Shown in pieces: positions 36,918 through 44,530 of a DNA stretch of 64,000 nucleotides. Under the pieces are notes generated by a model that was given only the letters and a program-made list of their open reading frames with translations, was not told the DNA's origin and searched no databases. The DNA is taken from contig JAFGDN010000026.1 of assembly GCA_016932095.1 (NCBI GenBank), forward strand, positions 4,692 through 68,691, in the 5' to 3' direction. This stretch comes from Sedimentisphaerales bacterium (GTDB lineage: Bacteria > Planctomycetota > Phycisphaerae > Sedimentisphaerales > Anaerobacaceae). A program made the position numbers and the translations under genes. Positions within the stretch are counted from its first letter, which is position 1, and each line of letters begins with the position of its first letter.

Positions 36918-38357
36918 TTACTCGCGCTTTCGTAATTCTACGGTTACTTTATGCATTGTATCCGTAGGAACATATTCCTGCCATACATAAACGCTGTGGC
37001 CGTTTATGTTTTCGTAAAAGGTATGGTTTTGTGTGCTTTTCACAAGCTCCACATTTGGCGCCAGCACAAGAATAAAACTCTCCAGACAATACTTGCCGGG
37101 AAAGTTTTGCATTGTAAATGAATAGATATTTTCAACACCTGTCTTGCAGCATGGATGTGAACCATTTAACCACTCCACAAAAGAGCGACTCTGTCCCGGA
37201 AGCAAAGGTTCGTTCAGCTTGATGTAAAGGCGGAAATCACCGATACCTGGAAGCTTATCTTGAACAAAACGAGTTTCAAGTTTATTACCTTTCTCGTCAA
37301 AAACCGCTATTCCTTGCCCCGGACCATCCGAATTTGCGTATGTCACTTCATCTGTCCATACTTCTTCGGAATCATTTCTAATATGAAAAACCGAGCCGTA
37401 GAACACATTCATTTTGTCATCCACAACTCTAATCTGGGTATTACACCACATGTCGTTGTTTTCGGGGCACTTTGCATCTATTTCGTGTGCATACTGAATA
37501 ATCTCTTCCGCTAACAGCTCATCTCTTCTATCAACGGTGTTTCTTATGACCTTTGCACCATCAGGAATAACGAACCCGAATATCCCTTCGGGCGCCTGCT
37601 CTTCATAGAAAATCTCAACATCCTTCAGCGAGAAAGATTGTCCGAGGTTTAATCCTATGGCTGAATCAAAACGAATCGGAAGCTTCGTTACAGGGTCTAT
37701 AACTGCCCTGATATCCACACTCCGAGAAGTAATTTCAAGCACAATTACGTTTTTGTTCAGATTCGAGTCGTATTCCTCGTAATGTTCGACCCGGCCGCCG
37801 ATTCTGTTGGCAAGCTCATTCATATCTTCTATGAAGCGTCCAATCCGAAACGGCGATTCCAGACCGGGACCGTCTTTGACTTCAACAAGAGAAGCATTCC
37901 GATCATACGTATAGGTTGCTTTAGGTGTTGATACCACTATTTTGCCCTGGTCTTTTTGTTCGAGGTAGAAATTGGTCATCAGGCCGGTCTCAGGATTGAC
38001 TTGGACCCACATATCAAAATTTCCATCCTGTGTGTCCCTGCCGAGCAGGTGCATAATAGTGATGTTTTTCATCGCGTCGATGGTTTGCTCAATAGCATAG
38101 GCCGTCGAGACAAATTTGTTGTGTAACGTTACTGACAGCCCGACTGCCGTGATAATTACCACAGCAGCGGCGAGTTGTGTCGTTCTGTTTTTCATAAGGA
38201 TTCTCCATAAGCTTGTCTGTTCCCGGCCGGGACCAGCAAGCTGTGTGAGAGCATCATCGAGGATTTTTTCGTCAAGCTTTGCCGTCGTCCTGGCGGAGGA
38301 TTTTTTTGTCTGACAGAAATTTTTAATCAGCCGTTCTATGTTTTCTGCAGGGTTCAT
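36918..38357 (-). CDS. Anti-sigma-factor-like membrane protein with a large periplasmic domain
   Basis: A short cytoplasmic N-terminus, one TM helix (LAAAVVIITAVGLSV) and an extracytoplasmic domain of about 400 aa. Its start overlaps the stop of the upstream ECF sigma gene. Confidence 0.5.
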   Translation of the reverse strand: MNPAENIERLIKNFCQTKKSSARTTAKLDEKILDDALTQLAGPGREQTSLWRILMKNRTTQLAAAVVIITAVGLSVTLHNKFVSTAYAIEQTIDAMKNITIMHLLGRDTQDGNFDMWVQVNPETGLMTNFYLEQKDQGKIVVSTPKATYTYDRNASLVEVKDGPGLESPFRIGRFIEDMNELANRIGGRVEHYEEYDSNLNKNVIVLEITSRSVDIRAVIDPVTKLPIRFDSAIGLNLGQSFSLKDVEIFYEEQAPEGIFGFVIPDGAKVIRNTVDRRDELLAEEIIQYAHEIDAKCPENNDMWCNTQIRVVDDKMNVFYGSVFHIRNDSEEVWTDEVTYANSDGPGQGIAVFDEKGNKLETRFVQDKLPGIGDFRLYIKLNEPLLPGQSRSFVEWLNGSHPCCKTGVENIYSFTMQNFPGKYCLESFILVLAPNVELVKSTQNHTFYENINGHSVYVWQEYVPTDTMHKVTVELRKRE

Positions 38358-38899
38358 TTTAACACCTCATGATTCAATATGGTCTGCAGCCTGTTAATCG
38401 CGTATCGATAGCGGCTCTGAACCGTGTTTATTGATACGCCTTGTTGTTTTGCTATCTGCCTGAACTTCAGTTCTGACTGTATATGCAGGAGGACGACCTC
38501 ACGCTGTTCGAATGGAATCTGCATCAGGGCAACGTCGACTTTCCGAGACCGCTCGGCGGATATTGCCTCGCCTTCGGGATTGTCGGAGGTCGAAGGTGGG
38601 AAATCGGCCTCGTCAAGCCCGGTTGTTCGGCGTTCTGCGCGATGTATATTACGAAGGCGGTTTGCCACCGAGGAGGCCAGATAGCTTTTCAGGCAGGTCC
38701 TGAGCCGTAATTTCGGCGCGACACTTGCCAGCGATACGAAAACGTCGTGAAGCGCATCCTCGGCACAGGTCCGGTCGTTGCAAAAAGTCACGGCCAGCGC
38801 AAGAAGCTCGTTTTTGTATTTCTCATAGATGCAGCGCAGGGCCTCCTGATTTCGGTTCTTTAGTTTCCAAATTAGCAGTTTGTCTTCCAGCATCATCAT
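38354..38899 (-). CDS. ECF-type RNA polymerase sigma factor
   Basis: Region 2 (AEDALHDVFVSL) and region 4 HTH (FEQREVVLLHIQSELKFRQIAKQQGVSINTVQSRYRYAINRL). Start taken at ATGATGATG (38899); the track gives TTG 38941. Confidence 0.8.
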   Translation of the reverse strand: MMMLEDKLLIWKLKNRNQEALRCIYEKYKNELLALAVTFCNDRTCAEDALHDVFVSLASVAPKLRLRTCLKSYLASSVANRLRNIHRAERRTTGLDEADFPPSTSDNPEGEAISAERSRKVDVALMQIPFEQREVVLLHIQSELKFRQIAKQQGVSINTVQSRYRYAINRLQTILNHEVLK

Positions 38900-38989
38900 C
38901 TCTTTAGGTTTCGAAACCAGCAATTGCCGTAAATAAGACAATTTAAAGGCAGGTTTTAGTTTAAGCGAAATTTTTTGTTTTGCCAGAGT

Positions 38990-39033
38990 GTTTAAATAAG
39001 GAAAAGGCCGGTCGATGTTTTCGTCCGGCCTTT
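38990..39033 (-). terminator. Rho-independent terminator after the beta-propeller gene
   Basis: Minus-strand read: AAAGGCCGG, a 13-nt loop, CCGGCCTTT, then TCCTTATTT. It separates the two ECF modules. Confidence 0.55.
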
Positions 39034-39057
39034 GGAGCGCTTTTAAGGTATTATCAA

Positions 39058-40521
39058 TCAGAAGTTAAGGAGGTCATCGGGCCAGTCCCTGCTTAAAATC
39101 TGGACGAGGTTACCGCTGGAATCGAGGACGATGATTTCTTTTCGGCGGTGAGGGGTATTGGGGTCATTGGTCAGGTAGTGAGATTTTTCGGAGACAAGAC
39201 AGGAGACATGGTTTGGGCCTTTCCACTGTGGGACGAGCTTCGGCGGCGAGTCCTCGCCGAAGGACTCGTTGACATCGACGAGGATTTTCGAGGATTCGAT
39301 ATCGGGCCCCATAGCATAGATGCCGAGCGTATTTTTATTGCCGGGAAGAAGGATTTTACTGGAATCGTTCGATAACTGGAACAGGTAGTAGTTACCTTGG
39401 GTGAAATCGAGGGCGATTTGCGGAAGTATGTCGCCGACCGTTCCCGTGAGCGTATCACAGCAAAAGACAGAGCCCTCTTCCGAGTCGAGCTTGCTGGAGG
39501 GCACCGACAATTTCACGGAAGAAAAGAAAATCCGGCCGTCGCGGCCGTATGAGGCGGACATCCAGGAATAATAAATAACTCCGGCTAACTCTTTTGCGGG
39601 GCCGGTGCAGGTATATCTTTTAGGGGTTTCCTTGTCAGGCGAGACGAGGAATTTGCCTTCGGGGTCGATAATGGTTTTCTCGACGAGCGAGCCGAGGACG
39701 AGCTCCTGGCCTTTGAAATTTTCGGTTTCGGGTTTGATGTAAGCGATGGCCCGGCCATCGGGTCGAAAATCATAGCTTATGGCTATGGCCGGGGCGATGA
39801 ATGCCGGCTCGCCTGGACTTTTTTCGGAAATCCTCGCAATATACAGGTCAAAACCCGCGTCAAAAGCTTTATCTGTTTTGTTGTCGATGACCCAGGCGAT
39901 GAGTTTGGAATCAGGCGAAAAACGCAGCCGCCAGAGCTGTCTGTTGCTTGTCATAATGATTTTTTTGACGTTTGGGTCGGCGACGGGAGACATTATAAGC
40001 TGATAATAAGACAACGGCTTTTCTTTTATTTTACCGAGCGGGTCGGAACCCGTTTTGTCCGCGAGCTGCGCGTCAGCGTTTTCAGCGAGATAACGATGGA
40101 CCCAGGCGAGATGCTGTTCGTTGCGGATATTGTCAAGGGAAGGGATGTTGCCGTCGAAAAAATCCTGTGTGATGATTCTTTGCCTGAGGATTTCGGCGCC
40201 GCCCGAGATTTCCCTGACCTGGTCGGCGGGAAGAAGCTTAAAGGCGTTGTTGAAATCGCTGACATTTACGATTTGGCTGTAGGCGAAAAGCGAGCCGTCA
40301 GGCGAAATTGCAGGCCAAAGCGTGGTGGTTTCTTTCGGTGCGATTTGAGTGAGAGTGCCGGTGTTGCCGTCAACGAGAAAGAGAGTCCCTTTTTTGCTGT
40401 AAATACCTTTTGAGCCATCCCTGGACCACTGGAGGGAGTCCTCAGGGATGCAGCCGATAATGAGCGTAGTGATGACGTAAGAGGCGGCCAGTGAAAGATT
40501 GATAAGGTTTTTCTTAGTCAT
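39058..40521 (-). CDS. TolB-like (PD40/WD40-like) beta-propeller lipoprotein
   Basis: Signal sequence with LIIGC. The repeated W(S/P)xDG / ISPDGSLFAY / FSPDSKLIAW / FRPDGRAIAY pattern is typical of PD40 repeats. Confidence 0.6.
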   Translation of the reverse strand: MTKKNLINLSLAASYVITTLIIGCIPEDSLQWSRDGSKGIYSKKGTLFLVDGNTGTLTQIAPKETTTLWPAISPDGSLFAYSQIVNVSDFNNAFKLLPADQVREISGGAEILRQRIITQDFFDGNIPSLDNIRNEQHLAWVHRYLAENADAQLADKTGSDPLGKIKEKPLSYYQLIMSPVADPNVKKIIMTSNRQLWRLRFSPDSKLIAWVIDNKTDKAFDAGFDLYIARISEKSPGEPAFIAPAIAISYDFRPDGRAIAYIKPETENFKGQELVLGSLVEKTIIDPEGKFLVSPDKETPKRYTCTGPAKELAGVIYYSWMSASYGRDGRIFFSSVKLSVPSSKLDSEEGSVFCCDTLTGTVGDILPQIALDFTQGNYYLFQLSNDSSKILLPGNKNTLGIYAMGPDIESSKILVDVNESFGEDSPPKLVPQWKGPNHVSCLVSEKSHYLTNDPNTPHRRKEIIVLDSSGNLVQILSRDWPDDLLNF

Positions 40522-40942
40522 TGTATTTCTCCTTGAGATATTGATTGTAGGCGTTTAGCAGCTTGTTTCCGACGGCGGATTGAGCATAAGGCCTGGGTTG
40601 CATTGCGGCAAGCGCCTTTTGCCGCCAAAAGCCGTCGGCGTTTTTGCTGGTGGAGGTATAGGTCGATATTGTCGGGGTGTATGCGGTAACATTAAATGAG
40701 CCGGTCGGCTTAGACCATCGTCCGACAGACAGGCCGATACCAAACGCGAAGAAGATGACTGCTGCAACGGCGATACGTTTGAAGCCGATAAAGAACGTTG
40801 CAAGCGGCGGTCGCCGGGACTGCAGGAGATTGAGGGCGGAGGTGAAACTCTGCGAGGTCTGTTCGGCGATACGGATAACGTCGGGAGAAACATCGGTTTG
40901 GCCGATTTTATTGAGGATTTGTTTTAATTTTTCTTCGTTCAT
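40514..40942 (-). CDS. Anti-sigma-factor-like single-pass membrane protein
   Basis: A 142-aa protein with a cytoplasmic N-terminus and one TM helix (IAVAAVIFFAFGIGLSV). It lies 2 nt downstream of the ECF sigma gene and overlaps the propeller gene start. Confidence 0.5.
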   Translation of the reverse strand: MNEEKLKQILNKIGQTDVSPDVIRIAEQTSQSFTSALNLLQSRRPPLATFFIGFKRIAVAAVIFFAFGIGLSVGRWSKPTGSFNVTAYTPTISTYTSTSKNADGFWRQKALAAMQPRPYAQSAVGNKLLNAYNQYLKEKYND

Positions 40943-40944
40943 TT

Positions 40945-41454
40945 TCAGGACTCCGATATATTCAGGTAAGCGAGATTATTTCTCAGTGCATTGAGCGCCT
41001 TTGAGACGTGCGAGCGGGCGGTATCTTCGGTGCAGCTCAGTTTGTCGGCTATTGTCTGGTAGTCGTGCTGGTCGATGTATCTTAAAACAATCGCCTGGGC
41101 CTGCTTTTCGGGCAGGTTGGCGATTTCCTTTCGGACCAGATTGACTGTTTCCTCATCGGCGTGGCAATTGGTTGCTGGATTTATGAATGCGTTTGCTCTT
41201 GGGATTTGGCCATCTTTGCCGATTCTGGTTCGCCAGGCCTTCGAGTTTGCGGAAAGCGCTATTCGGTATATATATGCGCCTGCCTGTGGGCCGGTGAGCT
41301 TTTCGAGGTTCATCCAGATGGCCAAAAATGCGTACTGAATCGCCTCGGCGAAGATTTCGGCGTTGCCGGTGAGTTTCCAGAGCATGGAAGTGAGATAGCC
41401 GCAGAACTCGTGTCTTAATTTTTCAAAGAGCTCCAGTCGTTTTGAGTTTCTCAT
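40945..41454 (-). CDS. ECF-type RNA polymerase sigma factor
   Basis: Region 2-like (AEAIQYAFLAIW) and region 4 (LPEKQAQAIVLRYIDQHDYQTIADKLSCTEDTARSHVSKALNALR). Confidence 0.8.
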   Translation of the reverse strand: MRNSKRLELFEKLRHEFCGYLTSMLWKLTGNAEIFAEAIQYAFLAIWMNLEKLTGPQAGAYIYRIALSANSKAWRTRIGKDGQIPRANAFINPATNCHADEETVNLVRKEIANLPEKQAQAIVLRYIDQHDYQTIADKLSCTEDTARSHVSKALNALRNNLAYLNISES

Positions 41455-41561
41455 TCAAAAAGCCCTTTTAACTTTAACCGAGCACCGGACAGTTTTGTTT
41501 CTACATAATAATAACCGGCAGGGAAAGGATTTGTGTAACGGGAAAATGAAAAAAATTAGAT

Positions 41562-41591
41562 AAAAAAACCGGCGGCTTTTGAGGCCGCCGG
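41562..41591 (-). terminator. Strong rho-independent terminator ending the paralog array
   Basis: Minus-strand read: CCGGCGGC, loctcaaaa loop, GCCGCCGG, followed by TTTTTTT. Confidence 0.75.
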
Positions 41592-41626
41592 CGTTGTTTA
41601 CAAACGGTCAACAGTAAACCTGTTTC

Positions 41627-42181
41627 CTAATCCCATACGTAGCCCTGGCTGGAAAGCTCTCCTACGACAAAATTGTAGGCGCCGTTAAAATCCATACCTT
41701 CGACGGCAGCGGTCCATTTTTTGTTGAAGCTGAGCGTCCAGTTTGCGATACCAATATCTCTGTTGCCAGAACCATATTCCTCATCCCATATTTCAGTGCC
41801 GGTGAATTTCGAGACGATGTCTTTTTTCACTGCGCCTGTGAGAAGTACGCGATATTCGTCATCACCGGTCGAGAGAATTATGATTGTCTTATTATTGCCA
41901 ATATCGGCCTCGACAACATCATACTCCTCATCCCAGTCATCCATTAATTTATCTGTTCCGCCGCTCCATTTTTCGGTCCAGATTTCGATAAAAGTAGCAT
42001 ATGCCACGCCGCCGCTTTCTTCGATAACAAGGTATCCCTTGTAACTACCCTTCCATAAATAAATTATGGAGTTGTAGTAGTCGTAACCGGATTCCTTGGT
42101 TTTCCAGTTAAAAACAATAACTTCCGCCCAGGCCGGAACCGCAAAGGCCAGAACAAGCAGTATCAGCAACATCTTCTTCAT
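41627..42181 (-). CDS. Secreted protein P1 (paralog family, subtype B)
   Basis: MKKMLLILLVLAFAVPAWA|EVIVFNWKTK... The RBS GAAAGGAAGG lies upstream of ATG 42181. It aligns with P3 (KGYLVIEE, KFTGTEIWDEEY, NKKWTAAVEG, GYVWD). Confidence 0.7.
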   Translation of the reverse strand: MKKMLLILLVLAFAVPAWAEVIVFNWKTKESGYDYYNSIIYLWKGSYKGYLVIEESGGVAYATFIEIWTEKWSGGTDKLMDDWDEEYDVVEADIGNNKTIIILSTGDDEYRVLLTGAVKKDIVSKFTGTEIWDEEYGSGNRDIGIANWTLSFNKKWTAAVEGMDFNGAYNFVVGELSSQGYVWD

Positions 42182-42225
42182 TTTATTAAACCTTCCTTTC
42201 TCAGGTATAATTAAAATCACAGGAT

Positions 42226-42813
42226 TTAATCAGGAATATAACCCAGTTCGTTAACAAGATAGTTCATAAGTTCCATAGTCGCCGTGATGCCGTCATAACC
42301 TTCTTCCTCCGCATAGAGCGTGTATTTCGTATGCAAACTCAATGTAACTTTTGAGCTGCCGATGTCCCTTTCGCCAGGATTGTCTTCTGTATCCCAGATA
42401 ACGTTGCCGACCAGCTTCGTGGCAATGGTGCCTATTTTTGAGTTCCTGACATATCCTTTTAACAGGATGCGCTGGTCTTCGTTATCACCGGAGGTTATTA
42501 TCCATATGGTTTTCTTCCCTGCATCGGCCGTGATGATTCCAAGTTCGCCAAGGGATTCGGCCGAAACGTATTTCTGCATCTTGCCGTTCTTGTCTTTTTC
42601 TTTGTAGGTAGCGATAACCCACATATCCACGGTATCGTCGCCGGGGCCGCCCTCTAAAATAATGTAACCCTTTATGTTTTCCTTCTCCATTTCCCAGTCC
42701 GGCGAATCTTCCATAAAAGATATACCTTTGTTGCTCATCGTGTAAACAAGCACGTCGGCGCTGACCGGGACGGTCAATCCCAGCAGCAACAGCACAAACA
42801 ACAATTTTTTCAT
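42226..42813 (-). CDS. Secreted protein P2 (paralog family, subtype A)
   Basis: MKKLLFVLLLLGLTVPVSA|DVLVYT... It aligns with P4 (GKKTIWIITSG, ILLKG, IWD, RDIG). Confidence 0.7.
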   Translation of the reverse strand: MKKLLFVLLLLGLTVPVSADVLVYTMSNKGISFMEDSPDWEMEKENIKGYIILEGGPGDDTVDMWVIATYKEKDKNGKMQKYVSAESLGELGIITADAGKKTIWIITSGDNEDQRILLKGYVRNSKIGTIATKLVGNVIWDTEDNPGERDIGSSKVTLSLHTKYTLYAEEEGYDGITATMELMNYLVNELGYIPD

Positions 42814-42979
42814 TCTTCAGCCAATCCTTTCATAAAATGTTTTTACAATAATTTTCAACAGAGAGAGGTTTGCCTCGTCACCCTAAAACGCGACGGATAC
42901 CCTTTAACTCCGTGTTTTCTATAAAATTACACCAACAGAATTATAACATACTTCTGTCTTTTCAGGCAAGCGAAAATCC

Positions 42980-43200
42980 CTATTCAGATATGGGCTTTGG
43001 GAGCAGTGCATTGAGGTTTTCGCGTGCTTTTTGGTCGTTGGGGTCGAATTGAAGGGTTTTTTTTGAAAGATTCAACCGCCTGTTCGGTATGCCCCTTTGT
43101 CTGAAGGATCAGATAGATATTTGGTTTGCATTTCTGAGCTTTTAGAGTCGCTATTGGCGTTTATTCACGGATGTTTTTACGTGATGTCGGTAGCGGGCGT
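42980..43200 (-). pseudogene. Copy of the 3' end of the TMTC-like gene (duplication-junction scar)
   Basis: 43011-43050 is identical over 40 nt to 44562-44601. The flanks align with mismatches and indels over about 160-220 nt. The residual frame reads ...FDPNDQKARENLNALLPKPISE*, compared with ...FDPNDQKARENLNALTQNTSTK* in the intact gene. Confidence 0.65.
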
Positions 43201-43205
43201 TTTTG

Positions 43206-43775
43206 TTAGTTCCACTCATAACCCTTTTTCATAAGCTCCTGGCCAATCCAAACCCTGGCCTGCTCGGCTGTGAACCCTTCATTTTGAGCAACGGTGGTCC
43301 ATTTTTTGTTGATTACAAGGGATGCCCGCGGGGTGCGGAATAATTTGTTGCCGTCTCGATATTCCCGCCATATCTCGGTGCCGGAGAATTTCGCAGCCGT
43401 GCCGCTTTTCACTTCGGCGGTTAGCAGGACCTGGTATCTGATTGTTAATGACGGCGAAGAACTGTAATATTTGTCGGAAAGAACCATATATATCTTGTTG
43501 TCAATGTTGATTTCGGCAGGTTCGAACCCGGCTTCCCAGTACCACATAAGTTTATTTTCTCCCGATGTTGTATCGATATAAAGGGCGTATGCGTATGGCA
43601 ATTTATCGTCTGTTTCTATGATAACATATCCCTTATGGTTTTCCTTCCATGTTTGTAAGACGGCTCCGGATTGGAAGTAGCAATCGACTTTCTCCTTCCA
43701 GTTATAGACAAAGACATCCGCATCGGCTGGGAAGGCCGTCGATAGCATCAGAAAAACCAGCAGTAATAGTTTCAT
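43206..43775 (-). CDS. Secreted protein P3 (paralog family, subtype B)
   Basis: MKLLLLVFLMLSTAFPADA|DVFVYNWKEK... Shared blocks with P1: KGYVIIET, KFSGTEIWREY, NKKWTTVAQNEG, GYEWN. Confidence 0.7.
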   Translation of the reverse strand: MKLLLLVFLMLSTAFPADADVFVYNWKEKVDCYFQSGAVLQTWKENHKGYVIIETDDKLPYAYALYIDTTSGENKLMWYWEAGFEPAEINIDNKIYMVLSDKYYSSSPSLTIRYQVLLTAEVKSGTAAKFSGTEIWREYRDGNKLFRTPRASLVINKKWTTVAQNEGFTAEQARVWIGQELMKKGYEWN

Positions 43776-43850
43776 TTTTTTCTAATTCCTTTTGCAAAGT
43801 TTGTTTCGCCGGGCGTATTAAAATCGCGTGATTCACCTCTAAACGTTACA

Positions 43851-44447
43851 TCAGTGCCACCCCCTGTCCTCGTAACCTTTACTTTTAAACTCAGCTTCGA
43901 TTATCTCTCCTGCCTGCTGGATGGTAAGTCCCTGAAAATCAAGAGTCCTTTTAAAATTTAAGCTCCAGGAACCTTTGATTGTGCCTATATATCTGTCATC
44001 TTCATAGGGGCCATCCCATATTGCAGTTACGATAAGCTTTGGGGCAATAATCATTTCGGCGTTTCCGACTTTTTTGAGTTTTGCCTCACCTTTTAGTATC
44101 TGGCAGCTAACATCGGATTCGGCAGTAATTATCCATATCGTTTTTTTCCCAAGCGGGCATTCGAGCAGATTAAAAGTTGGTATTGAATATAATTCGTATA
44201 ACTTTCGGGTTTTACCCTCCGATTTTTCTTTCCACTGGTCGAAACATAAGCCGGTAATTGTGCCGTCGTCATTTACCTCAACAATGAAATATGCCGTCAA
44301 TAAACGTTGACTGTCATCTTCCCACTTCTGTTCCTGTCCCCTGTAAATAAAGCCCTTTTTGCAATACTTTACATTATATACGAGCACATCGGCGCTAACC
44401 GACGCCGTCAAACCGAGGATAAACAAGACCAATGAAAAACGTTTCAT
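43851..44447 (-). CDS. Secreted protein P4 (paralog family, subtype A)
   Basis: MKRFSLVLFILGLTASVSA|DVLVYN... Shared blocks with P2: GKKTIWIITAES, ILKG, IWD, RYIG. Start taken at the internal ATG 44447. Confidence 0.7.
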   Translation of the reverse strand: MKRFSLVLFILGLTASVSADVLVYNVKYCKKGFIYRGQEQKWEDDSQRLLTAYFIVEVNDDGTITGLCFDQWKEKSEGKTRKLYELYSIPTFNLLECPLGKKTIWIITAESDVSCQILKGEAKLKKVGNAEMIIAPKLIVTAIWDGPYEDDRYIGTIKGSWSLNFKRTLDFQGLTIQQAGEIIEAEFKSKGYEDRGWH

Positions 44448-44492
44448 TTTTAAACCCATACTTTCCCGAACACTCAAAACCCTGCTGGTGGT

Positions 44493-44521
44493 ATTATAAC
44501 AAATTTAACCTCTTTTTCGAA
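44493..44521 (-). promoter_or_regulatory. Possible internal promoter ahead of P4 (TTCGAA-N17-TATAAT)
   Basis: On the minus strand: TTCGAA (44521-44516), a 17-nt spacer, TATAAT (44498-44493). The -35 hexamer is a weak match. Confidence 0.3.
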
Positions 44522-44530
44522 AAGAAAACC

